DNA of 64,000 nucleotides from Dudresnaya verticillata (lineage: Eukaryota), in assembly GCA_977862235.1 (NCBI GenBank), contig OZ374558.1, forward strand, positions 1,860,001 to 1,924,000, in the 5' to 3' direction. Both the position numbers and the translations under genes were made by a program. The notes under the pieces are model-generated. The model was not told where the DNA came from. It made no database searches and saw only the letters and a program-made list of their open reading frames with translations. Shown piece after piece: positions 20,362 through 34,366 of the stretch (positions are counted from its first letter, which is position 1; the number at the start of each line of letters is the position of its first letter).

Positions 20362-22465
20362 CTGCCGTTCGCATTATCCTTGATAGGAAATCCCGGCGCC
20401 CTGGAGGTGAGCAGGTTGGTTGACACAGCTGAGGATCGAGCAGGTTGAAATGTGTTTCGCTCAAAGAAGACCGGTACAAGCAGCGTTCAAAGACCGGTTT
20501 TGTCCGGGAAGCGGCAGCGGTTCTGGACGGCGTGACCTTTGTTACATATTAAAGGCCGTCCCCTCTTCAACCTTGTACGGTCGGCGTGTAGTGGGTAATA
20601 CAACCACATCTCTATGTCGACGTTGCTCACCGAACACCTTCTTCATCATTCGAACACCATAGCCGTACAGAGCTTTGCACGAGCCGTCGAAACAGAATTG
20701 CACGGATCGCCTGTCGAAGAATCAAGAACGGCACCTACTTCGAATTCCATTCCTTCTGTCTATATCAACTGAACCTCGCTAGTCGACATGAAAGCATAGG
20801 TAAGATATGTTTTTATAATTGCTCTCCACATCATCATGACGCCGTATAACGGTCTAGTACAGTTAGAATTAGACTTTCTGCATCGTTCCTTCCTCCTGAA
20901 TTCTGTAACAGAGTGTTTGCCAATCGTGGAATGGGCCTGGTTGGTCCTCCGAACCTGCTGGAGATCCCTACAAAACCTAAATAGAGCTCTACTAATATCA
21001 ACGCAACGTGGCTGAGCAAGCTGTTAAAGAGTCCACCCTTCCGCTGCCGAAACACCCTCGACAACGGATGGGCTTCCTACTTCCACACCCACATACCTCA
21101 GGATATAGCCAACTTTCAAACATAGATATTGGATATCACAATACCACTTACTAATACTTTCATGCCCCATTGCGCCGACCACGTGCCAGGGCGCCAATTT
21201 CCAAAGGTCAAGCATACAATAGCTGCAGCTGGCGGACGATCTGAGTTAAACAAGGCACGCAACTGCGCGACGAACTGGCGACGTTGCCGTCTCCTGAGCT
21301 CTACGCCCACTACGTTCTACGGTTGCGCGAGGATGGCCCCAGCCGGATGAATAGCGATACGCCTCGAGAGTGGCTCTACATACAAATCTTCTAGGATCTA
21401 GACCACCTCTGAACCGAAGCTGAGAGTCATATGCAGAAACGCGCTCCAGGTTGCAGATCGCGCAGATCCCGCACTCGGCCATGAGAGCGGAATCTTAAGT
21501 ATGGAACAACGTGTGAACGCATGACGGCGACGGCGATGATATATTGAGAATCGAACGGATCCCGTTTTCCGCTTGTGGCACAGTGCTCTCCGCAATGTTG
21601 CAGCGAAGAATGTGCTGCCGGATATCTTTCGAAAACGGAGTAGTTTTGTGGACCTTTCCGGCAGCGTCACAATTTCCTAAGACACGGCCAAAAGTAAATC
21701 AGAAATTCGTCTTGTACCCTGTTCTAGCACATCATGTAAGTTTGGGGACGGTGCAGTGCCGCAAGCTGGAAACATGACGAGCGGCGCATTGCGTGAGCGA
21801 AAATGTGAGCATTGCCGGGACGTGCGAGATGAGACGAGCCTCGCATGACCGCGCCGCCAGTACACCGCACCTCAACGGGATGCTTTCCTGAGATATGCAA
21901 GCCTTGTCGTCCTTATCGCGTTGAAGGCCCACAGTGGCATTCACATGCAGTCCAGTTTTCAACCTGTCTAATAGGCACTGTCAGGCCGTTCACGGAGCAA
22001 GGAGCCACCATGAAGATGGAACAGTGTGTGAGAACGTCGCCCTACATGATTCAAACCACCCATAGTTCGTGAAAGAGCACGAGCGTGGCAACTTATAGAA
22101 GGAGGGGCGTTGGGTCTTCGCCAAGGTGGTGATGAATCGAACGCTACGCTGTGACTCTACCGCAGAGCCCCAAGAATATTCTTAGGTATGTTTTTCTGGT
22201 GCACGTTGTATTCCAAACGTACCAAAACCCGAACACTGCCGTTCGCATTATCCTTGGTAGGAGATCCTAGCGGCCTGGAAGTGAGCAGGTTTGTTGACAG
22301 AGCTAGGGGCCGAGCGGGTTGAAATGTTTTTGGCTCAAAGAAGAGCAGTAGAAGCAGCCTTCAAATATCGGCTTTGTCCGGAAACTTGAAAGGGAATGTA
22401 CTAGTCTATGATCCGAGTCATCTATACAGCCTTTACGAATCGAAAGAACTAATATGCTGTAGATA

Positions 22466-23593
22466 CTACATACTACCGATAATGTCTTGGAGTACCCTGT
22501 AATCTTCGTCTTGAACGTCAGAAACACTCTCTAAGTACGTAAAGTATTCCTGTATGGCAGGAGGCACTGAGCTACACAGGCGAGTGATCGGGGTTCTGAG
22601 CTTCATCATTAAAATCTCATCTGCTTCGATATCCTGATCCCAAATTAATTTGCCTTGCAGCATGTGTAGAAGTACATATCCTAAGCTTTCAAATTCATCG
22701 GCTGGAGACTGAACGTGATGGCAATGTGCAGCTATTGGGGCATATATCAACGTCCCGACGAACGGCACCTCAACCTGCTCAGCTTCTTGAAAGAAACATG
22801 ATGTACCAAAATCGATTACATGTATGTAGTTGAGGTTGTCTCGATCGAACACAATATTTGCAGGTTTAAGGTCGCGGTGAAGATAGCCAAGACCATGCAA
22901 TTTTCGAAGGCGATGGAGCACCTGGATTCCGATACTAGCTGTGAGTTTGGCAGATAGGCGCCCTCCACTTACATCCATGAGAGATTCGATAGAGGGACCA
23001 TGCAAGTTCATGACCATAAAAGGATAGCCCGAATGACTTGCGAGATATCTGCAAGGTGGAAAATGTTCCGGATACCTCTCGTTCAATATTCTATAGAGTC
23101 CAAATTCCAAATTAACGAATGACGCATCCACTTCGAGTGGGTTATTTTCCACCTTGACTGCGGCAGTCTCATTTCGGTGCAAATCAAATGCCTCATAGAC
23201 ACCGCCGCATGCGCCGCTACCAATCTTCCTTTTCAGAGCCCACCGGCCAGCTAGAAGCTCGCCTTCGAATGCAGGCGCGCGCACTGGATGACTCAGCTCT
23301 TCTTCAGATTGCATTTTTTGTTGTCTCACCTGACCCGTGGCAGCGCCGGTAGGTAACTCGTATGCCTCTTTTGACAATCTAGCTTCCACAATATTCTTGC
23401 TTTCAATGACATGGTTTTTTTCAATCGGCTTCAAATCGCGGTTTTGATTTTCATGACGCTTGTCCCCGGAAACATTGATACCCCCAATCTTCAGGTCCTT
23501 CATTCTGACTGAGACGAAGATATTCTGGCCCGAGTTTCGTCCAGCTACAATGGTGCGAAGGGAAGTTTTTTGTTGAGAAAATGCTTGTCCCAT
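22466..23593 (-). CDS. Divergent CK1-family kinase (copy 2)
   Basis: Same protein as copy 1, with one synonymous change at 22493. Confidence 0.9.
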   Translation of the reverse strand: MGQAFSQQKTSLRTIVAGRNSGQNIFVSVRMKDLKIGGINVSGDKRHENQNRDLKPIEKNHVIESKNIVEARLSKEAYELPTGAATGQVRQQKMQSEEELSHPVRAPAFEGELLAGRWALKRKIGSGACGGVYEAFDLHRNETAAVKVENNPLEVDASFVNLEFGLYRILNERYPEHFPPCRYLASHSGYPFMVMNLHGPSIESLMDVSGGRLSAKLTASIGIQVLHRLRKLHGLGYLHRDLKPANIVFDRDNLNYIHVIDFGTSCFFQEAEQVEVPFVGTLIYAPIAAHCHHVQSPADEFESLGYVLLHMLQGKLIWDQDIEADEILMMKLRTPITRLCSSVPPAIQEYFTYLESVSDVQDEDYRVLQDIIGSM

Positions 23594-24540
23594 ATTTGCG
23601 TTCTGATTTGAATACTCTGTGGCTCGAATGCTGTTCCGAAACGTTGCGGAAGAAAGCTTTGATAAGCACTTATTGACGGGGTGTTCTTTGGAGAGCTTGT
23701 TTTTCTCAAGAAAGTTTATGTATAAAATGAACTCTAGCGTCATTACGGCACGGCCCAAACCTTTTTTCCTTTTTTTCTATATTTGTGACAGCACTTGGGA
23801 ATCACACCTACAGTGGCAATAAACTTTATTGGGAGCATGGTACCATCATTGCAGGCATCACAGAAGTCACGAAAAGATTACTCGGTCTTGGAACGCGTTT
23901 GCCACGTCACACACAAGCATCCAACAGTATACTCACAGAATATGTAGGATGTGCTCGACCTGGGTAGACAGCATTTAGCACATTATCGATAAAATGAAGT
24001 CGGCAGATAGTTAGACGTGAACACGAGCAGTTGTTCTTCAACGTAAATTCCGGAGTGTAACCCTTTCTTAATTGTGTCCATAAAGAGAAGGCCTTTTTTG
24101 TCAACTAATGTCCCACCCAAACGACAAGGGTTGCTGTAGCCGTTGTTCTATAATGAAGGATGACAAATACTTTCTTTACAGCAACAAGTTTCCCATGGCG
24201 GACATCTCGGCCATGTTTTCTACGACATGGGTTTATTCGCGCAGTTGCAGAACGCCTCCACGTCGTATCTTTATTACGGCATTTTAATGCAACAACCTTT
24301 TTGTTTCAGCGCTGTCGCACACTCAGCGCATTTTTTGTGCCGTCCTCCTATTCTATTGCCTACGATATTCGCAAGTAGCGTAGCCATATCCAACCGTTGT
24401 GAAAAAGAAGCCATGTCGAATTGCCGACTCCTTCCATTTTTAGTATTATTTTTAACGCAGTCGTACCTGATTCGTCCAGTCGCCTCATTCGCATCGCCGA
24501 TTGGCCGTGCGCGATTTGATCCCAGATATTTTGTACAGAG

Positions 24541-25017
24541 AGAGAGAGACCTTTATTAAACAACAAGAGAGAAGCCCCTTAAGGGGGCTTAGGATTCAGA
24601 GCTACCATAAAGAGGCGGAGGAGCAAGCTTGCGGCGGTTGACACTCACCGCCACGCATTGGAGAACTAAAGAGAGTAAACGAGTAGTGAGGCGAAGTTTC
24701 TCCGTAGACGGAGAGGTCCCGCGCTTGCTGGCAATGAAATTAGCAATACGTTGGGCGCCAACTTCAAAGCCAGATCCAACACGGCCATAGACATCTACAA
24801 CCATAGGATGGATAACCATATCCAAACTAGCGCACACGCGGCGGTAATGAGAGCGTTTGACACGTTCGCGAGCTGCAATGGCTTGGCCAGCAACGCGACC
24901 AGTGGAACCATGAATAGAATGGGGACTGACGACCGAGACATCAAATCCATGGGGGTGAGGGGCAAAGCCACGATCATCAACGAAAATATCCATACGCAGT
25001 TGGTCACGTGGATCAAC
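24541..25017 (-). mobile_element. RLE-type non-LTR retrotransposon 3' fragment (copy 2)
   Basis: Same as copy 1. Confidence 0.85.
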
Positions 25018-27284
25018 AGTATTATTTTTAACGCAGTCGTACCTGATTCGCCCAGTCGCCTCATTCTCATCGCCGATTGGCCGTGCGCGATTTGATCCCA
25101 GATATTTTGTACAGAGCGCGGAGCGACGCCGAGCGGCAATCGCTCCAATCACCTCCATCCCGGCCGTGATACCTCCTCAGCCCACAAGTCCCACTACCGC
25201 CTTCGTCAACCTCGTGTTCTCGTCCGAGTCGCGCCAGCGCCCTTTTCAGACAGCGACGAAAAGAGCACGTGCCCTTGAATCGAGCGTGTGATCAAGCGTC
25301 AACCGGGAGGCGGAATCGGCGCGCGTGGGGAATAGCAGGGAGGCGACAACCGCGGCAGCCATGGAGTCACCGTCGTTGTGCGGGAGGTTGAACGAACTTG
25401 CTCTGCGAAACAAATATGTAACGGTGAGCTGAGCAAGGCACCGCCTGGTTGTGAAGATCTCGCCACCGCCAGGAGAGGGTGCCGTTGGTGAGGCCGAGTT
25501 TCTCCTGTTCCATCGGACTCAATAGTCTGGCCCGACCACATGCGACAAGTGGAAGCGGCCTGCCAATGACATTGCTTCGTGTTTTACGTCTAATACCACT
25601 CTGTATGGGACATAAAGGACCGTTGTGGGCGGAGAATGAGAGAGGCATAACATAAGCGGTTCTACCGTGCAATACTCTTCTCGAGATTTGCCTACATGAC
25701 GAATCAGTTTTTGTTTTTCTACTGCAACGAGTCCAGAAAGTGTGAGATCATGGACCTTGACGTGATCACATGGCGTTTCGATGACGATGATACCTAAGAG
25801 AGCGCGTCTTGTCAACGACGTTCCTGGGTTTATGCTCCAAGGCGTATGGTAACGAAGGTAATGCTCGCCTGTTACTGCGCACGCGGGATACAAGTAGAGG
25901 CACGCACCTCCCACCACCCAACAACCAAGATGACCGATCAGAATCACCCCACCAAACACAGCCGTCTATCGACAGGGGCCGAACAAAATCGAACTTCTTG
26001 GATCCGCGCAACCTAGTCGCTGAGATGCACCAAACCTTGTTCATCATGACCGATGCTACAAATCCGGACAAAAGGATGCAGTTTCTCGAAGCAGTCGTTT
26101 CTCGAAGCAGGCGTTTCTCGAAGCAGGCGTTTCTCAAAGCAGGCTAGACGGAGCTAGCGCAGGGAAAGCTCCAGTATTACCGCTATCTCGAAGACCACCT
26201 CCCGGTACATATACATTTCGATATGGCCGAAATGTGCATCCCACAAAGTGTGATCCTGGCGCCCCTCCTGTGCAGAGGGAGGGGCTTTTTCGTCGATCCG
26301 GCGCGGAGAGAGAGGAATACAGCTGCTCACGATTTGGTGCAGATTACAATCGCGCTGCAGAAGCAATACGGTCGCGGACATTGTTCGCAAAGACACATCC
26401 TCGTTCTGCGTCGAGAAGAATATAATGAAGAAGGCGTTGGCTTCTTGGTAGGAAGGCTGCAAGACGTGTGGCTCTATCCCGTAGATCCGTTGAGGGATTG
26501 TGCGCTGGGTCCGACACGCCACTGTCGCACCTTACGCCCCGGCTTCGGTGGGGTTGGGCGGCGAGGCGCAGCACATGCGCCGTCCCGCAATGGGCACATT
26601 TGGTTGGACGTATGGTGCGACAGGTGTCCTAACAGGAAGCTCTGCACCGTTTGATTGGCTCAAGTTCGAAGCACGTCGTCTTCCGAACCGCCTCCGTCGC
26701 TCAGCACGCATTGACACGCATTGCCACTGCAGGTGCGCAGCAGCATTGCATTCCACTGCATTCCAGCTATGCCACATTTCAGCACTACCTCTTCAAATTG
26801 CGTACAAACGTGCACTGTAGCACATCCGTACCTCCCCCACATTGATCCTCCGCCATGACGTGATTCTGTTCCTAACATCGCGATTTCCCGCTCCAAAACC
26901 GCCGCGCTGTCGCCGAGGTCACCGCCGACACCGTTCACCGCCAATCGCGGGAGCGTCTTCGTCCAAACCCTACTCCCGCCCGCTACAGGCGCCATTCCCG
27001 CGTGTCACGCCCACCCGGCCGTCGCATCCGCCCCCACCATTCTCTCGTCACGCCCACCCGCGCCAAGACCGCGAAAAAAACCGCCCGCAACTTATAATGC
27101 CCGGTCCCCCCTGCTCCGCCTCACCACACCCCTCGCCTCCCTTCCAAGTTTCAAGCACATCCCCCACCGTCTTCGAACGCTCGTACACACCCGCACAACC
27201 GTTGCCAGCCCTCTCTCTCTGTCCCCTCATCTCTCCCCGCCGCTGCCTCGAACCTGCCCTCCACCTCGCAACGGCAACCTCACC

Positions 27285-28175
27285 ATGAACTTCCAGCACA
27301 ACGACCCGCCGCTTCCGTCCTCCTCCGCCCCGGCCCCGGCCCTGGCCTCTACCTCGTCCCCGACCTCGGCCCCGGCCTCCGCCTCGGCCTCGGCCCCGGC
27401 CTCGGCCCCGGCCTCTGCTGCCGACCAGATCCACATCCAGCTGGGCAGGATCGATGCCCCGATGCCCCGAAGAGAGCCAAGGCCAGTCGTGCCAGCCCGC
27501 ACCTCCCCGCCGAGAAGGGCAAGGCAGAGTTGGCCGCAGCAATCGCCGCCAATTATCAGGATCCGGGCCGCAACGTCAAGGATAGATTCAAGCGCACCGT
27601 CGCTGGGTGCAACAATTCCTTCCTGTCCAGGTACAACCTCAAAGCCCTACAGATGTACGGAGTCTGGTTGATGCGCGTGCGAGCTTGGTGAGCGTGGTTG
27701 ATGCGCGTGCGAGCTTGGTGAGCGTGGTTGATGCGCGTGCGAGCACGCGCATCAACCAGACTCCGTACATCTGCAAGGAGACCAACTGCGGTAAGCGGTT
27801 CAAGTGGAAGAGCAGCTTGTTACATCATTGCAGGTCCCACGGCGTCAAGCGCCTCGCTCGCTTACAATCATGAGAGTCAGAGTCAGGGCGCGGCGAGCGC
27901 GGGCGCAGCTGCCGCGCATGCTGCAAAGCTGTCCTAGCAGCACAACCCCGGTCACATCAACTCCGCTCACATCGCCATTGTCGATGGGCCGCGTGCAAGC
28001 GAGCCGGTCAACGCCACGGCCGCAGGCGTTCCATCTGGCAATGCGCCGCGGGTCTGAATGGAGTGATCGGGTTTGGAGACCTGATGCGCCGGATCGTATG
28101 GGCGCTGATCAGCTTCCGGGTGAGCACGTGGAGAGTTTCATGCAGGGTGACCTCATTCCTGGGCAGCATAACTAA
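27285..28175 (+). pseudogene. C2H2 zinc-finger pseudogene (copy 2)
   Basis: Same as copy 1. Confidence 0.75.
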
Positions 28176-29302
28176 GAAGCAGATGCGGGAGGAGCTCAAC
28201 AATTAACATTGTAGCACTAATCGACTGTAGATTAACTTGTCTCACCCCGTTTCGCTTCTCCCTGTTGTGAATACTCTTGTGGATATCTGCTTTTGTTTGT
28301 TTTGTAAATCTCACTGTGTTTGGAGCGCTAGCTGCGCTCGATCTCGTGTATATCGCTTTACTCTTCTGTTGCCACTGGGAGCGCGGCCACTACCTCTGCG
28401 ATCGGTGCGAGGACGAATCTCAGATGTTTGGTTGAGAACGAATGGATTATGAATGGTCTATGACGCTTGCGTTGAGAGGGTTGGAGGTGGGCGGCATGCT
28501 CGCTCAAAAGTTCACGCTTCGTGTTAAAGCTTCGCTGGGTAAGGAGAGGGGGTTGGGGGCGGCGAATGGGAAGGTTCGTAAATGCCACCTCACTGCGAGC
28601 TTCCGCTCGCGGTTATCGGCAAGTCGGAGGGCGGAAGGCAGGGTATGCCTGGACAATACGGGTGCGCTTCGCGGGCTTGCCAGGGACGTTTACCATTCGG
28701 CTCAGATGGAGGCTGGAATGTCGGCATAGCGTGAGGGGCAGCGGAGGTATTCCTGGAGTATCGATAAGGGGAGCATATGGACAGCGTTGCGTTGATTGTT
28801 TGCTGTGTGTGCCGGCAGGCAGGCGGCAGTGGGCTTGCGCGAGCGCGCGAGTTTCCGCAGTCCTGCGGATAGCTTGTGTTGGATGGATACCGCGGTTTGC
28901 CCTTTGCCTCGGGGACCGGAAGGCTGGATCGTGGGAAAACGTCTTTTTTTACGGCTAGCTCAGGCCAGGGCATTGGATGACTTGGAGTTTTGCAGAGTAT
29001 CAGAAACTGGCGCGAAAAGTTTGCCGTGGAAACTCGAGAACAAATTCGTCGGCCGCTTCCAGTCTTGACGAAACGCCCGCATGCTGGGAAAGTTTCTTAA
29101 CACGTTTATGGGCCTTTCCGCCCATCTGCGTTGCTTTTCCGCACCCCTGCTACATCAACCTGCTACATTCGCCCACCGTTTTCTCTCTCATAGACCTCCT
29201 CTCCCTTTCCACGCAGCCTCCGCTCGAGTCGCACGTCAGTTGGCGTGTCAACCCATCGGTCCCAAACTGTTCCCAGCCTGCAACCACACCACCGCCGACA
29301 AG

Positions 29303-30190
29303 ATGAACTCCCTTGCAAAGGCCGGCCCTGGTCACCCACAAACAACTGCGATCACCGGGGCTGGACCAAAGCCTCAGAAACGCCATTCCGCCAAGCCCAA
29401 CAAGGAGACCTCGTATCTCGACAAAAGGGCATCGAGCAAGGTCTGTTCAGGCCAAACGGAGCTCACAGCACGGGTGCCCACTGCGCTTGAGCATTCTGAT
29501 GCATCACGTGCTCAGAAGGATAGTGTGGTCAGTAATGAGGGCGGCAAACTTCAGCAAAAGCGTCGCTCTTGTAGAGAGGCATACAAACTTGCGGGCTTCC
29601 GTCTACCCGAGAAACGACTTCCGATGCCTGATCCGCTCCCTCTCAAGCCCGTTGTGCGTTTCGCAAAGCCCAGCAGCAAAACTCTGTGGTCCGTGATTCG
29701 AGACGACGAGTGCAAGTTGGAAGAGTTGTTCAAGCGACTTTCCAACCGTCCAGTCTACAACCCCGAAGCGCAAAGGCAGGTTCTCGACATCAGTAAGAAA
29801 TGCTTCGACGCTGTGTCCCAACGCCGTGAAGTTATCAAAGGGGAGCTGAAGTCGTACCAAGAGAAGCTCGTGGTTGTCTGCGATCGGGAGACGAACGCAA
29901 ACACAAGCGGTAACAAGAAGAGCTCGAATTCGTGGCAGGTAGTCGAGGAGCGATCATCTGCCACGAAAACCAAGAGGATCGAAGAGGACATTGGGCATCT
30001 CCAGAGGATTCTCCGGGAACAGGACGGATTGTACCACTCCATTCGATACCAGCGTCGGGATGTAAAGCGCGAGATTGGAGTCGTTAAGGGAAGAATTTGG
30101 GATGCTTGCAAGAGGCATTGGAAAGCTCAAAATGCCTGGTTTCTCAATGAAAGGATCTTCAGCGCTCAGAGAAGCATGGGGAAGAAGTGA
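29303..30190 (+). CDS. Hypothetical coiled-coil protein (copy 3)
   Basis: Identical translation to copy 1. Confidence 0.55.
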   Translation: MNSLAKAGPGHPQTTAITGAGPKPQKRHSAKPNKETSYLDKRASSKVCSGQTELTARVPTALEHSDASRAQKDSVVSNEGGKLQQKRRSCREAYKLAGFRLPEKRLPMPDPLPLKPVVRFAKPSSKTLWSVIRDDECKLEELFKRLSNRPVYNPEAQRQVLDISKKCFDAVSQRREVIKGELKSYQEKLVVVCDRETNANTSGNKKSSNSWQVVEERSSATKTKRIEEDIGHLQRILREQDGLYHSIRYQRRDVKREIGVVKGRIWDACKRHWKAQNAWFLNERIFSAQRSMGKK

Positions 30191-33100
30191 TGGCTTCGTT
30201 GTTGACCTCACAGATACTAAGCGGTTTAACAGTGATATCTGGATCAAGTCTCCAGTCGCTACCGGGATATTGTCCGGCACTTGGTGAGAAAGTTTGGATA
30301 CTGTTTGTTTGTAGTACTACGCCATCAGGTTGCTCTTGTGATTCCTTTCGTCGAAGCAGACGCACTCCAAACCAGCATGATTAAACTAATACTAAGGTAC
30401 CACTCCTGTCGGTATCCGCACTAAATCTCGAGCGGCACGTTACCCATGCCCATATACTAACGAACTCGGCAGTCTTTCCCCTCCAACAATAACCGCAACC
30501 GCTCCTGCCCGCTCGGAGCACAACACTGCCGAACTCCGGCGTGACCTCCGTCATCTCCGCCGCTTATCATTTCTATCTACTGAGGCTAAGCGCGACCAAC
30601 TATGCATGGAAGTCTATTTTGACGATCCAGCCTTTGCAAATCGCGCCTGTCCCAAGGCTTTGAAGTCTCTATGGTCAGTCTCCGTTCTCCCCACCTTCGC
30701 TCAGCTCGCTCCTCCCTAGGGCGCTATTGCGTTACGGGAAAAAGGCGAAACGCATACACTATCGCCTGTTATGTCCCCACAATGACATCGACTTTCATCC
30801 TATGGCCATGGATACCTACGCCTTCATTTTCTCTGGTATTCCACTGTCGTGCCCAACGGATCGCCAACTTCAAGCCGACCAAAAAGGGCACTTCTCTGAT
30901 GAATACAGTTAACTTTGGCCTCGTTCGTTCATCGATTTCAAGTCTTCCACGACGTAAACCGCTAACCGTAAGACGTAAAACGTAAGGCGCAAACCGTAAA
31001 CATAGACTGTTCACAACAGAGAGCGAGGGCTTTCAGACCGGATCTTGCTTTCAGACGACCTTCTGGAGAAGGTTGTCCATGCTGTAGCACCATCAATCTT
31101 CGTTGTCCTAGGGGCTGTCTGGGCGTCGTGTGCACAGACAAGAATGCTACGAGAGGCTATGCGCAAGGCCACTTTTCTGTTTGTAGCACAGCGGACAGCG
31201 GACATTGCGCAAAGAAGGATAAAAGTACGTAATTTGCATACAGTGGCACATCAACGCTTTGGGTATCTGGTACCGTCGCCGTACCGTCGTGGTCTCGTCA
31301 TGGTCCCGTCGTGGTCTCGTCATGGTCCCGCCATGGTCCCGCCATGGTACACCGCCATGGTACCGTCGTCGCCCCGTCGTCGCCCCGTCGTCGCCCCGTC
31401 GTCGCCCCTTCATCGTCCAATCGTCGTCCCGTCGTCGTCGCGTCGTCGTCTCGTCGTCATTCAATCGTGGTCCACTCGTCGTCCAGTCGGCAGTGATGGC
31501 CATAGCGGCGTTTTACAGCGTTAACGGCGACGAGCACTCTGAATGTTTCTCTTCTCTGACACCGGCACGGCTGAAAGTGCCTCAATGGAGTGGAAAAGCC
31601 TCGAAAAGACGAAATGGCGTGCGTCTTGGCACCGAAACGGCCCGGCGTCTAGGCCCGTCGATGTCCAGCCGTTCTGTGTGTACTTGAGCGTACACGACCC
31701 GACTGACTTCAACCGACTGTGTATCCCATCAGCCACCACGATGAACACGTCCGCTCAACCACCTGGGATCTAGCACTGGAACAGGCTGCGGCAGGTTGTA
31801 CAGCGTGTTACACGCGTTGACTGCGCAATTGACAGCGCAGCTGATGGCACATGGCAACGCTGGCGACGCAGCTGACGGCGCTCTTGCCACTACGCTCTGC
31901 ACAACTTGGTAACGTCACCAAGGCGATGAAGCACACATCTCGGGTTCTCTATGTGAGGTTTCGTCACTTCTCCGGTGTCACAAAATGGAACCGGCAAAAT
32001 ATGTTTGCAATGTTGTGGAGTGAGCGTCTAGCTACCAAACTGCTGTGTATGCAAGAGCACTCTGTGTTGACTGGTACGCCTTAAACCTGCACGCGGTTCG
32101 TTCCCAAGGAATGCCAAACTCTGGTACCAGCACATTCGACAGCTCAAGAGCCAGGGCCCTTATGCGATGCGAGGGGTTCATACTGTTATACTCTCACGCT
32201 GCGCTTAGCTTATGAGGCCTTCCGTGATCAGTCAAGACTCGCATGGTCTCATCTTTTGTAGCGCGTCAATGCATTGTTCATGTGGACAGTTTTCAAATGG
32301 ACATTGTTCACATGGAAATAGGGGCAGGGCTTCTACCAGCCAAATAAACCGCTAATATTGGAACCCCATTGTTCCATCTCTTTCAAGATTGCATAGTCCT
32401 ATCCATCTCATCGACCTCAGCGACCTGAAGAACGTAAATATTGTGTTGCATCGATTAGAGGTCCTCGTTTCAATATTATTTCAATTCGTGACCCGCTCTG
32501 TGCACACCCACATACCTCAGGATATAGCCAACTTTCAAACATAGATATTGGATATCACAATACCACTTACTAATACTTTCATGCCCCATTGCGCCGACCA
32601 CGTGCCAGGGTGCCAATTGCCAAAGGTCAAACATACAATAGCTGCAGCTGGCGGACGATCTGAGTTAAACAAGGCACGCAACTGCATGACGAACTGGCGA
32701 CGTTGCTGTCTCCTGAGCCCTACGCCCACTACGTTCTACGGTTGCGCGAGGATGGCCCCAGCCAGATGAATAGCGATACGCTTCGGGAGTTGCTCTACAT
32801 ACAAATCTTCTAGGATCTAGACCACCTCTGAACCGAAGCTGAGAGTCATATGCAGAAACGCGCTCCATGTTGCAGATCGCGCAGATCCCATACTCGGCCA
32901 TGAGAGCGGAATCTTAAGTATGGCACAACGTTTGAACGCATGACGGCGACGGCGATGATATATTTAGAATCGAACGGATCCCGTTTTCCGCTTGTGGCAC
33001 AGTGCTCTCCGCAATGTTGCAGCGAAGAATGTGCTGCCGGATATCTTTCGAAAACGGAGTAGTTTTGTGGAACTTTCCGGCAGCGTCACAATTTCCTAAG

Positions 33101-33666
33101 ACACGGCCAAAAGTAAATCAGAAATTCGTCTTGTACCCTGTTCTAGCACATCATGTAAGTTTGGGGACGGTGCAGTGCCGCAAGCTGGAAACATGACGAG
33201 CGGCGCATTGCGTGAGCGAAAATGTGAGCATTGTCGGGACGTGCGAGATGAGACGAGCCTCGCATGACCGCGCCGCCAGTACCTTCGAAGGTACACCGCA
33301 CCTCAACGGGATGCTTTCCTGAGATATGCAAGCCTTGTCGTCCTTATCGCGTTGAAGGCCCACAGTGGCATTCACATGCAGTCCAGTTTTCAACCTGTCT
33401 AATAGGCACTGTCAGGTCGTTCACAGAGCAAGGAGCCACCATGAAGATGGAACAGTGTGTGAGAACGTCGCCCTGCATGATTCAAACCACCCATAGTTCG
33501 TGAAAGAGCACGAGCGTGGCAACTTATAGAAGGAGGGGCGTTGGGTCTTCGCCAAGGTGGTGATGAATCGAACGCTACGCTGTGACTCTACCGCAGAGCC
33601 CCAAGAATATTCTTCGGTATGTTTTTCTGGTGCACGTTGTATTCTAAACGTACCAAAAACCGAACA

Positions 33667-34366
33667 ATTCCGCTTGTTCATATCGCAACGCACGCCCCAC
33701 ATGCCCAGCTCGCGTCTCAAGAAGCTTGGAGCTCTGTTCCGCATCGTCCCGCCGCTTCTGCGCCAGCGTATTCTACAAAGCAAGTTCGTGTCTTCCCTCC
33801 GCCGCACTGCGCGCTCCACACACCTCCCGGCATCATGGCACGCTCGGCAAACTCTACTCGCTCTCCCGAAGCTCCGAAACCCGATTCTGAGCAACGCGAT
33901 CCAGAACCCGACGACCCCATCCACCCTGCATACTGACTGCGTTTCCCAATGGCGCTCTGCATTTCCCGGTCCGCGCAAAGCCCCAGTCCCCACCACATCA
34001 CGCTTTGCCCCGGCGCTGCTACTCCCTGACCACCGTGACCGCCTGCTTGCTATCAGATGGCACTTATGCACCTTCCCAATCCCACCCCGTTGCCCCTCCT
34101 CTTGTAGGGCGCTACGCGCCCATGCCCCCGAGCTCACGAAGCTCTCGCACGACGCCCTCCAGCCCTCGGACATCCGCTCAGTCTCATTATCGATTGCTGC
34201 GATCCGTGACCTATGCTCAGTGGACCACCCTCCCCCGTTCTCCTTGTCACCCCCGTAACCACCTGCCCGCCCTTTATTGATACCTTGGACCCTAGGGCCG
34301 GTGCGCCTGCAAATGGGCCTTTGTTGCCTGCGCAGGACCACCTAAAACAAAAAACATGAATCATCA
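33667..34366 (+). mobile_element. 700-bp non-LTR-like insertion (copy 3)
   Basis: Same as copy 1. Confidence 0.7.
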
